Origin: Pseudomonadota bacterium
Lineage (GTDB): Bacteria; Bdellovibrionota_B; Oligoflexia; Oligoflexales; CAIYRB01
Direction: 5' to 3'
Length of the DNA stretch: 64,000 bases
NCBI GenBank assembly: GCA_031416315.1
Contig: JANOTL010000109.1
Coordinates: 101,929 to 165,928, forward strand
Under the pieces are notes generated by a model that saw nothing but the letters and a program-made list of their open reading frames with translations, ran no database searches and was not told the DNA's origin. The position numbers and the translations under genes were made by a program. Shown one piece after another: positions 41,552 to 49,580 of the stretch; the stretch's first letter is position 1; every line of letters begins with the position of its first letter.

Positions 41552-43083
41552 TCGGCGCCGTCCCATCTCTCGACGGCGTCTTGCAAGGTCTTCACCAGGT
41601 CTTCGGTCCACGGCGCCGCGACGAGCCCTTGCGTCGCCGTCAAGCCTCGCGCGAGCCAGAGCGCCTCGCTCGCGTCCATGGTCTTCGTGACGCCGCGCGC
41701 GGCGACGCCGTGCACGAGCCCCTGCACGATCGAGCGCAGATGCGGCGAGGATAGGATCTCGTGCTCGGCATCGGCCAACGCCGTCAGCGTCCGGCCGGTG
41801 AGCCTTGGCTCGTCGACGACGAGGCCGGCGCTCGGGCCCGCCGTCACGTGTTTCGAGATCAGCTGCGAGATCGTCGCGCGTAGCGCGTCCTGGAGTGAGC
41901 CGCGTGCGCCTTCGAGGTCCAAGGTTGTTTCTGGATCGAGGCCCGCCTTGTCGATGTTTTTTAGGGCGCGCGCCCAAGCCGTCAGCGCCTCGGCAAGCAG
42001 AACGAGGTCCTCGAGCGAGGCTTTCGGCAGCGAGTGCGTCTTCAGATCGAGGTACTCGCGCGGCAGAAGGGTCGACATCGTCTTCAGAAACACCAACGGC
42101 AAGGACTTCGCGTCCGCGGGGACGAGCTTGCCGACGGCGCTCTCCATCCGGTCTTCGCGCAGCTTTTGGAAGGCGGCTGCGGCCGCGGCCCAAAGCCGCG
42201 CGGCCTCGGCGAGGGGCGGCAGCTCGGTCGACGTAAGGCTCCACCGCTCGCCGCCTTGCAGCGCCATGCCGAGTAGGCGGTGACGTGCGGAGATCGCGGG
42301 GAGCTCGACGCGCATGGTGCCGCCGAAAAAGCGCTTCGCCTTCGTCTGTTTGCGCGGATCGTAGGCGCCGGCCAGGCCCGCGCCGTTGTCGAGGTCGCGC
42401 GACATGCCGCCATAGGGTGCCTCGAGCCCTGCCAGATAACTCCACTCCATCAAGGCGCGGAGCGTCTCGACGTTCTGCGTCCCGCCGGACTTTGCGGCGT
42501 CGGCGAAGACGAAGCGCCAGCGCGCGGCTTGCGCGTCGAGCCGTACTTCGCCCTCGGCCTCGCCCTCAAGCCGGAGGAAGCCCTCGAAGCTGAAGCGCGT
42601 CGCGCCGCCGCCCAGGCGCTCCGCGACGCCGGCGCGGATCTCTTCGGTGATTTTCTCGTCGCTGGCGAAGTTGTCGAGCAGGGCGTCGCCGAGAAAATTC
42701 GGCAAGGCCTGAATGCGGGCCAGCTCAGGCTTGACCTTGATCTTCTCGCGCACCGAAGGCACCAGCGCCTCAGGTAAGGCGCCCGGGCTCGTGTTCAAGC
42801 GCGTGAGCCAGGCAGCGCGGCGGCGTGGACACGCGTCGCAGTGAGCGAGCGCCTCGAGCTCGGCCGAAGGCGTCACCGGCGCGGTCAGCGCGAGGTTCGC
42901 CGGCAGCGACGGCGTCCCTGCGAAATGCACGAAGGGCTCCGCTTCGTCCGCGGGCTTGACGCCTTCGCCGAGCTTCGGGCCTTTGTCCGAGGCCTTCTTC
43001 TTCTCGCCTTCTTCGCCACGCGTCGTCGCCTGGCAGCCGAAGGCCGCGAGAATCGCGAGGATGAAGGGGACGAGTCGGATCAT
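41548..43083 (-). CDS. Hypothetical lipoprotein with CxxC (HCDAC)
   Basis: MIRLVPFILAILAAFGC lipobox; 4-bp overlap with the barrel gene. Confidence 0.7.
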   Translation of the reverse strand: MIRLVPFILAILAAFGCQATTRGEEGEKKKASDKGPKLGEGVKPADEAEPFVHFAGTPSLPANLALTAPVTPSAELEALAHCDACPRRRAAWLTRLNTSPGALPEALVPSVREKIKVKPELARIQALPNFLGDALLDNFASDEKITEEIRAGVAERLGGGATRFSFEGFLRLEGEAEGEVRLDAQAARWRFVFADAAKSGGTQNVETLRALMEWSYLAGLEAPYGGMSRDLDNGAGLAGAYDPRKQTKAKRFFGGTMRVELPAISARHRLLGMALQGGERWSLTSTELPPLAEAARLWAAAAAAFQKLREDRMESAVGKLVPADAKSLPLVFLKTMSTLLPREYLDLKTHSLPKASLEDLVLLAEALTAWARALKNIDKAGLDPETTLDLEGARGSLQDALRATISQLISKHVTAGPSAGLVVDEPRLTGRTLTALADAEHEILSSPHLRSIVQGLVHGVAARGVTKTMDASEALWLARGLTATQGLVAAPWTEDLVKTLQDAVERWDGAE

Positions 43084-43165
43084 GGTCCGCGCTACGCTGC
43101 AATGCCGGTGCCAGACGCAAGGGGCCGAATCCCTTGGGAGATGGGCGCGGCGGAGCGACCAGCCT

Positions 43166-43594
43166 CTAGGCGGCGCGGCCCAGCTTGGCATCCGCGGAGA
43201 ATTTTCCGGCGCCGGCGAAGAGGAAGAGCATCGCGAAAGCAAAATAGCAAAGCGACAGCTCCTTCTTGCCGAAGGGATCATTCAGGTGCACGCCCAAGCC
43301 CGCCGTGAGCATCGTGAAGCCGACGAAAAAGGCCGCGGGGCGTGTCGCCAAGCCCAAGGCGAGGCAGAGGCCGCCGACGAACTCGGCCAAGGCCGCGGCC
43401 CAAGCGAAGAGCTCGGGCATGGGAAAGCCCAAGCTGCGGACGCCTTCGACGAAACCATCCGCGGGCGGGATCTTTCCCATACCGTGCGCGAAGGCCATGG
43501 TGAGGCCGGCCCACAGTCGGGCGACGAGAAGGCCCGCGGCGCCCCAGGTGTCGAACACGTGACCGGGATGAAACAAGATCTTTTTGATCGACAT
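43166..43594 (-). CDS. DoxX family membrane protein
   Basis: LLVARLWAGLTMAFAHGMGK, AEFVGGLCLALGLATRPAA, GAGKFSAD. Confidence 0.9.
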   Translation of the reverse strand: MSIKKILFHPGHVFDTWGAAGLLVARLWAGLTMAFAHGMGKIPPADGFVEGVRSLGFPMPELFAWAAALAEFVGGLCLALGLATRPAAFFVGFTMLTAGLGVHLNDPFGKKELSLCYFAFAMLFLFAGAGKFSADAKLGRAA

Positions 43595-44325
43595 CAAGCG
43601 CCCTCTTTGAGCTCGTCGGAGAGGAGCCTGCCATCCTTCAGGCGCACGATACGATGGCAATACTCGAGCACGTGTCCGTCGTGTGTCGCGACCACGACCG
43701 TCGCGCCTTCGCGCTCGCACAGCTCTCTCAGGACGGTGAGCACGGTGTCCGCCGTGTCATGGTCGAGATTGGCCGTGGGCTCGTCGGCGAGGATGATCGG
43801 CGGTTTGTTCATCAGGGCGCGCGCGATGGCCACGCGCTGCATTTGACCGCCGGAGAGGCGGTTGACGCTCTGATTGATCTGCTTGCCGAGGCCGACGGCC
43901 TCCAGGAGCTTGGTCCCGCGCACCGCCAGAGGCTCGCCGAGGTCGTTCGAGCCGAGCTGCGCCGGGAGCATGACGTTCTCCAGCGTCGTCAGCACGGGCA
44001 CCAGGTTGAAGTTCTGGAAGATGAAGCCGGTGGTGACGTTGCGGAAGCGCGACTGCTCGTCGCGCGAGAGCTTGGCGATGTCGGTGCCGTTGACGACGAC
44101 CGAGCCGGTCGACGGAACGTCCAAGGCGCCGATCAAGTTGAGGAGCGTCGACTTGCCCGATCCCGAAGGCCCCATCAGGGCGACGATGCCGCCGCGAGGC
44201 ACGGCGAGCGTCACGCCGCGCAGCGCGTTCACCTCGGTCTCGCCCATCATGTACATCTTGCCGACGTCCCGGATCTGGATCAGCGGGCTCGCGGCGGAAC
44301 CGTCCTTTTCGAAGTTCATTTCCAT
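43594..44325 (-). CDS. ABC ATP-binding protein, LolD/MJ0796 family
   Basis: GPSGSGKST, GFIFQNFNL, LSGGQMQRVAIARAL, ILADEPTANLD, ATHD. Confidence 0.95.
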   Translation of the reverse strand: MEMNFEKDGSAASPLIQIRDVGKMYMMGETEVNALRGVTLAVPRGGIVALMGPSGSGKSTLLNLIGALDVPSTGSVVVNGTDIAKLSRDEQSRFRNVTTGFIFQNFNLVPVLTTLENVMLPAQLGSNDLGEPLAVRGTKLLEAVGLGKQINQSVNRLSGGQMQRVAIARALMNKPPIILADEPTANLDHDTADTVLTVLRELCEREGATVVVATHDGHVLEYCHRIVRLKDGRLLSDELKEGA

Positions 44326-44867
44326 GTCACGTCCTTCGGATCCTTGAAGAGCGCTTTGCGGTAGAATTTGAGCTCCTCGACGCTTTCGCGGATGTCCCCG
44401 AGCGCGCGGTGGGCGCCCTTTTTCTTCTGCGCTTTCACGCCCGGGTACCAGCGCGCGGCCAGCTCCTTCACGGAGCTGACGTCGACCAGCCGGTAGTGGA
44501 GGTGCGCCTCCAAGTCCTGCATGTATTTCACCAAGAAGCGCCGGTCTTGCCAGATGCTGTTGCCGCAGAGCGGGCTCTCGCGGACGCCGGCGTGCGTCTT
44601 CACGAAGTCGAGCGTCAGGCGCTCGGCCTCGGCCAGGGTCGTCTTCGACTCGAGCACGCGCTGCCAGAGCCCCGACTTGGTATGGTGCTCCTTGTTCCAG
44701 TCGTCCATGCGCTCGAAGCGCTCGGGCGGCTGGTGGATCACGAGCTCCGGGCCTTCGGCCACGATCTCGAGCTCGCCATCGGTGACCAAGGTCGCGATCT
44801 CGAGGATCTCGTCGACTTCCGGGTCCAGGCCGGTCATCTCGAGGTCCATCCAAACGAGCAAAGACAA
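44316..44867 (-). CDS. orn: Oligoribonuclease
   Basis: LVWMDLEMTGL, HTKSGL, LCGNSIWQDRRFL, HYRLVDVSSVKELA, HRALGDIRES. Confidence 0.97.
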   Translation of the reverse strand: MSLLVWMDLEMTGLDPEVDEILEIATLVTDGELEIVAEGPELVIHQPPERFERMDDWNKEHHTKSGLWQRVLESKTTLAEAERLTLDFVKTHAGVRESPLCGNSIWQDRRFLVKYMQDLEAHLHYRLVDVSSVKELAARWYPGVKAQKKKGAHRALGDIRESVEELKFYRKALFKDPKDVTWK

Positions 44868-44906
44868 GGGAACCTCGGTGCGCTCACGATTGTCGGGATC
44901 TTCGCG

Positions 44907-45650
44907 CTAAGGTTCTGAGCGCTCCGCGATAAACGCGAACGCCCGGCTTCGATGCGCGATCCATTCCACGACGTGATTGTAATCGATTTTTTCCACGAGC
45001 GCCGCGCCTTGCGGATCGCTAAGGATGCCGGTCCGGGCGCTCCGCTCGGCAAACGCCGTGAGCGCGTACACGCGCCAGCCCTGGCCGAAGGCGTCCGGCG
45101 CCCCGAGGCCGTATCCGGCGAGGAAGCCGTCGACTTCGCTCTTCGCCGCGCCCGGCGCGGCTTTGACCAGGAGCTCGCCGACGCGAACGCCGAAGTCCCC
45201 GGGATAGCCGGCGGCGCCGGTGAGGACGCCGACGTCTCGGTTCGTGAAGCTCCAGTCGGCCGGGTGCAGGGACGCGAAGACGACGAACCGCGGCGCGCTC
45301 TTCCCCGTACCGGCGCGCACGACGAAGCGCGCCGCGGTGGCGGCGGGGTTCGCGTCAGGGACCGCGAGCCAGATCTCGATCGCGAGCTCCTCGCCCTCGG
45401 CGCTTTCGCCGACGCTTCGGAGCCAATCGCGTAGTTGAGTCTCGAGGGCCGCCCGATACGCGGTACGGTCGTACTCGTAGGCGGTGCCTGCGATCGTATA
45501 GAGGTAGTGCTCGCCGTCGTCGCAAGCGGTCACCACGGGCGCCGGCGCGCCGTCTGGGATCGCGATGCAGGCAGGACCCGCCGCCACCACCTGGGCGCGG
45601 GCGCAAATGGCGAGGCTTACTAGTGAGAGTCGCAAAAGTGGTCTGCCCAT
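44907..45650 (-). CDS. Secreted hypothetical protein, C-terminus like a subtilase pro-domain
   Basis: Signal peptide; GELLVKAAPG...VEKIDYNHVV. Confidence 0.6.
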   Translation of the reverse strand: MGRPLLRLSLVSLAICARAQVVAAGPACIAIPDGAPAPVVTACDDGEHYLYTIAGTAYEYDRTAYRAALETQLRDWLRSVGESAEGEELAIEIWLAVPDANPAATAARFVVRAGTGKSAPRFVVFASLHPADWSFTNRDVGVLTGAAGYPGDFGVRVGELLVKAAPGAAKSEVDGFLAGYGLGAPDAFGQGWRVYALTAFAERSARTGILSDPQGAALVEKIDYNHVVEWIAHRSRAFAFIAERSEP

Positions 45651-45656
45651 GAGCGT

Positions 45657-45683
45657 TCTTCGGACGCGGAGCCGAAAGCTTTT
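45657..45683 (-). promoter_or_regulatory. Weak sigma28-like promoter
   Basis: AAAA-N15-TCCGAAGA ending 6 nt before ATG at 45650. Confidence 0.4.
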
Positions 45684-45854
45684 GGCAAAGTCGAGCTAGA
45701 CAAGCGTATTCGGCTGCCTCTACACTGGGTTTTCCGAGTCTGCACGGGCACTTCGAGTCTCACAGAGATATCACCTCGGGTCCTTCATATTTGAGAAGGC
45801 CCCTCAACATCCCCTTCCTTGCGCCCAAGGAAGAAAGCCAGGAGCGATTGCCGG

Positions 45855-46943
45855 ATGATTCCGACCAAGTCCTATTACAAACGCATCGTGCTCGCGATCG
45901 CCGCCGTATCTGCAGCACTCGTGACGACCCAGATCGTCGCGCAGGACAACAACGCTCCGGCCTTCAAGATCGGACCCAAGACCACGTCGATGGGCGAGGT
46001 CTATAAAGACGACCAAGCCAGCTTCTACGAGCTCGACAAGAAAAAGTACGACCTGATCGAGCGCCTCGCGAAGGAGAAGTACCTCGAGTACTTCTGGCAG
46101 AACAACGCCAAGGAAACCGGCAAGTCGGTGGCCGAGGCGCAGAAGGCGTACGAAGAGAAGAACCTTAAGATCTCCGAGAAGGAGGTCCAGGAGACGCTGG
46201 AGAAGTTCAAAGACCATCCGTCCCTGTCGAAGCTCGACAAGAAGGAGCAGGAAAAACAGGTCCGCGACTACCTGCTCGAGCGTTCACGCCGAGACCTCTT
46301 TGACGGCATCATCGAAGCCGGATTGAAGAAGGGCGAGCTCGTCGTCTCGTTCCCGCAGCCGGTCGAGCCGGTCTACCAGGTGACGGTGACGTCCGAGGAC
46401 CATGTCCGTTACGGGCCCGACGTCTCTGACCTCAAGCCCGTGGGCTGCACCGCCGACGACTGTGCGATCACGATCGTCGAGTACAGCGAGTTCGAGTGTC
46501 CCTTCTGCTCGCGCGTCATGCCGGACGTGAAGAAGGTCCTAGCCGAGTTCAAGGGCAAGATCCGTTGGGTCACGCGCGACTTCCCGCTCAGCTTCCACAA
46601 CCGCGCCAAGCCCGCGGCCATCGCGGCGCACTGCGCCGGCGAGCAAGGCAAGTACTGGAACATGTACCAGGCGCTCTTCGAGAATCAGCGCAACCTCGCG
46701 GACGCGGACCTGAAGAGCTACGCCGACAAGATCGGCCTCGACAAAGCCAAGTACGAGAAGTGCACCTCCGCCCCGGCCCCGATCGAAGCCCGCATCGAGA
46801 AGAACATGCAGACCGGTATGGCCTTGGGCGTTTCCGGCACCCCGGCATTTTTCATCAACGGCCGTCGCCTCTCCGGCGCCATGCCGTACTCCGAGTTCAA
46901 GCGCGTGATCGACGACGAGCTGAAGAACAAGAAAAAAAGCTAA
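45855..46943 (+). CDS. DsbA family oxidoreductase with SurA-like N-terminal region
   Basis: AGGAG SD; signal peptide; YSEFECPFC, DFPLSFH, GVSGTPAFFINGR. Confidence 0.92.
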   Translation: MIPTKSYYKRIVLAIAAVSAALVTTQIVAQDNNAPAFKIGPKTTSMGEVYKDDQASFYELDKKKYDLIERLAKEKYLEYFWQNNAKETGKSVAEAQKAYEEKNLKISEKEVQETLEKFKDHPSLSKLDKKEQEKQVRDYLLERSRRDLFDGIIEAGLKKGELVVSFPQPVEPVYQVTVTSEDHVRYGPDVSDLKPVGCTADDCAITIVEYSEFECPFCSRVMPDVKKVLAEFKGKIRWVTRDFPLSFHNRAKPAAIAAHCAGEQGKYWNMYQALFENQRNLADADLKSYADKIGLDKAKYEKCTSAPAPIEARIEKNMQTGMALGVSGTPAFFINGRRLSGAMPYSEFKRVIDDELKNKKKS

Positions 46944-46999
46944 CCCCCTTGATTGACTCGACTAGGGGCCGCGTCGGCAGGAAATGCCGGGGCGGCCCC

Positions 47000-47026
47000 T
47001 CAACTTTGGCCGGCAGAGGCCGATCT
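47000..47026 (+). promoter_or_regulatory. Sigma28-like promoter of the PilZ gene
   Basis: TCAA-N15-GCCGATCT. Confidence 0.55.
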
Positions 47027-47075
47027 CAAGGGCGTAGAAGGTCTCGTTCTAGCGCAGCCAGGCCCGGAGATTATT

Positions 47076-47486
47076 ATGAGCGTGCGGAAGGATAGCCGTA
47101 AGGTCGGTCGTCTCAAGCTCTCTGAGCACCTGAAGGTGGTCATGGGATCCTTGGGCTCGGACGTGCGGTACGACATGTGGTCGAAGAACATCTCCCACAC
47201 GGGCTTCTTCCTCGACTTCGATCGTCCGGGTCGTTTCCCGTTCACCACGGCCTCGATCATGGAGATCTGGTTGGAGCTCGAGCCAGGTAACACCATCTTT
47301 TTCAACGGGAAAATGGCCCGAGTGGTCTTCCCGGGGGATGCCGCGGCGGCCGATACGGGCCCTGGCATCGCCGTCCGGATCGTGCAAATCGACTCGAAGA
47401 ACGAGAAGGTCCTCTTCGACTTCATCGACCGAAAGTTCAAGGAAATCGAGGCCAAGAAGGCTCAGACGCCGGGCAACGCCGCCTGA
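47076..47486 (+). CDS. PilZ domain protein
   Basis: RKDSR/RKVGR (RxxxR), NISHTG (NxSxxG), GIAVRI. Confidence 0.85.
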   Translation: MSVRKDSRKVGRLKLSEHLKVVMGSLGSDVRYDMWSKNISHTGFFLDFDRPGRFPFTTASIMEIWLELEPGNTIFFNGKMARVVFPGDAAAADTGPGIAVRIVQIDSKNEKVLFDFIDRKFKEIEAKKAQTPGNAA

Positions 47487-47499
47487 TCGCAGGAAGTTC

Positions 47500-47526
47500 T
47501 CAAGATTTTTGCGCGTCGGCCGAAGA
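47500..47526 (+). promoter_or_regulatory. Sigma28-like promoter
   Basis: TCAA-N15-GCCGAAGA upstream of 47603. Confidence 0.55.
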
Positions 47527-47602
47527 AGAGGCCGTCCTCAGCACACGCAGCTGAGGCACTTAGTGGAACCCCCAGGGCCAACCGTGGCCAGGAGCTTCCA
47601 CT

Positions 47603-47869
47603 ATGCGTCGTTTTCTCAGCCAAGCCCTCGTCGCCGTCGCCCTCCTCCTCCCGGCGAACATCGCGAGCGGCGTGACGCGTGGTGACCTCGTGGAGCAAGA
47701 CACCGACGACACGCAGGCCGTGACGACCGGCGCCGCGGTCCGCGCCAACGCCGACGTGCAGATCCGCCGCGTGAAGGGCCTGCTCTTCTCGAAGTCCTCG
47801 GAAAAAGTCCAGGACCAGGCGTTCGAGCGCCTGCAGAAGCTTCAGAAAGAGCTGCGCGGCTCCAAGTAA
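47603..47869 (+). CDS. Small secreted hypothetical protein
   Basis: AGGAG SD; signal peptide MRRFLSQALVAVALLL. Confidence 0.7.
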   Translation: MRRFLSQALVAVALLLPANIASGVTRGDLVEQDTDDTQAVTTGAAVRANADVQIRRVKGLLFSKSSEKVQDQAFERLQKLQKELRGSK

Positions 47870-47900
47870 GCGCGCGTTGGTCTAACTCCGCGTCTTGTCG

Positions 47901-48014
47901 TGCTAGAATCGTTGGAAACTAGCGACGGACGGCTAAGCAAGGGCAGTAGCCGTCCGCCCTACGCATCGCGTCGGACGCGCTGCTCCGGGCAGCCGCCGAC
48001 TGCCCTTGCTTAGC
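47901..48014 (+). promoter_or_regulatory. Extended -10 promoter plus structured 5' leader
   Basis: TGCTAGAAT at 47901-47909; perfect inverted repeats 47926-47935/47947-47956 and 47932-47947/47999-48014. Confidence 0.55.
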
Positions 48015-48040
48015 ACACGAATTAGAGGAAGGTGACGCGG

Positions 48041-48280
48041 ATGGCTCAGCTCGACTGGAACAAGGTCAAACTCCCCGACGGCGCGAAGATCTTCAAGGTC
48101 CACAACTTCGCCGTCATGCACAAGGGCGCGACCTATCACATCGAGGTCGACGAGTTCGCCGACGGCTCTTACAGCGGTCACGGCGAGCACTCGACGGACA
48201 AGTCCACGGTCCTGAAGACCGTGAACGGTCGTACGCTCGAGGACTGCCTGACGTCGCTCCTCTCCAGCCTCTCCAAGTGA
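48041..48280 (+). CDS. Small hypothetical protein (79 aa)
   Basis: Purine-rich SD region, GC3-rich codons, 6 nt from the next gene. Confidence 0.75.
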   Translation: MAQLDWNKVKLPDGAKIFKVHNFAVMHKGATYHIEVDEFADGSYSGHGEHSTDKSTVLKTVNGRTLEDCLTSLLSSLSK

Positions 48281-48286
48281 TCTGAG

Positions 48287-49483
48287 ATGAGCGTCACGGT
48301 TGGGCTCGAGCGGTTGATCCGTGAGCCCCGGCTGGCCGCCGGTTGGGGACGTCTCGGCCTCCTTTGCAATCAGGCCTCGGTGACTCGAGACTTCGGGGCG
48401 GCCTGGGACCTCGTGCTCGGGCTCTTCGAAAAGCGCGTGACGGCGCTCTTCGGCCCGCAGCACGGCTTCTACGGGACGGTCCAGGACAACATGATCGAGA
48501 CCGGGCACGCGCGCCACGCGGGCACGGGCCTGCCGCTTTTCAGCCTCTACTCCGAGACCCGCGAGCCGACCGACGCGATGATGGCCGAGATCGACACCCT
48601 GTTGATCGACTTGCAGATCGTTGGTTGCCGCATCTACACCTGGAAGTCGACGATCGCGGGCTGCTTGCGCGCGGCCAAGCGCACCGGCAAGCGCCTCGTC
48701 GTGTTGGATCGCCCGAATCCGCTCGGAGGCGAGGTGCTCGAAGGCCGCGTCTTGGACCTGGACGCGACGAGTTTCGTCGGCCAATTCGCGACGCCGATGC
48801 GGCACGGCCTCACCGCTGGCGAGTCGGCGCTCTATTTCAACGCGACCATCGGCGCCGAGTTGGAGGTGGTACGGCTGGAAGGTTGGGATCCGGCGGCCTA
48901 CTGGGCGGATTTGGGTCGACCCTGGGTTTTGACCTCGCCGAATTTGCCGACGCCCGATCCCGTTTATACGTATCCGGGCACGGTCTTGTTCGAAGGGACG
49001 AATGTCTCGGAAGGGCGCGGGACGGGCTTGCCGTTCCAGCTGATCGGCGCGCCCTACGTGGAGTCGGCGGAAGCGGTCGTCGACAAAGTGAAGCGCCTCC
49101 TCGGCGGCAAGACGCCGGGAGTTCATCTAAGGGCCGCGCAGTTCGAGCCGACGTCACAGAAGTGGCGCGGCGAGACGTGCCGCGGCGTCTGCATCCATGT
49201 GACGGATCCGCGGCAGGTGCGGAGCTTCCGTTTGGCCTTGGCGATCTGCGAGGCGTTCGTGGAGCTCGGGGGTGCGAAGTACGAGTGGAAGGCGCCGCCG
49301 TACGAGTACGATCACGTGACGCTGCCGATCAAGCTGATCCTGGGCTCGCAGGTGGCGGATCGACACTTTGGGGCCGGGCGGTTTTCCGTGGACGAGCCGT
49401 TCTGGCGCGACGGGATTGCGGGGTACATCGAAGCGGTCCGTGGGCACCTGCTTTATCCGCGGGTGATGCGGGACGAGACTTAA
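48287..49483 (+). CDS. Exo-beta-N-acetylmuramidase NamZ (DUF1343) family
   Basis: GLLCNQAS, LFGPQHGF, DLQIVGCRIYT, VLDRPNPLGG, RHGLTAGE, SEGRGT. Confidence 0.92.
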   Translation: MSVTVGLERLIREPRLAAGWGRLGLLCNQASVTRDFGAAWDLVLGLFEKRVTALFGPQHGFYGTVQDNMIETGHARHAGTGLPLFSLYSETREPTDAMMAEIDTLLIDLQIVGCRIYTWKSTIAGCLRAAKRTGKRLVVLDRPNPLGGEVLEGRVLDLDATSFVGQFATPMRHGLTAGESALYFNATIGAELEVVRLEGWDPAAYWADLGRPWVLTSPNLPTPDPVYTYPGTVLFEGTNVSEGRGTGLPFQLIGAPYVESAEAVVDKVKRLLGGKTPGVHLRAAQFEPTSQKWRGETCRGVCIHVTDPRQVRSFRLALAICEAFVELGGAKYEWKAPPYEYDHVTLPIKLILGSQVADRHFGAGRFSVDEPFWRDGIAGYIEAVRGHLLYPRVMRDET

Positions 49484-49580
49484 AATCGCGGCGGCGGCGT
49501 GCGCCGCTGCCGACGCGGCGAGTTTCGCGAAACCGCTTCAGCGATTTTCAGAGCGACTTCGGATATCCCGCCTAGCGTCC

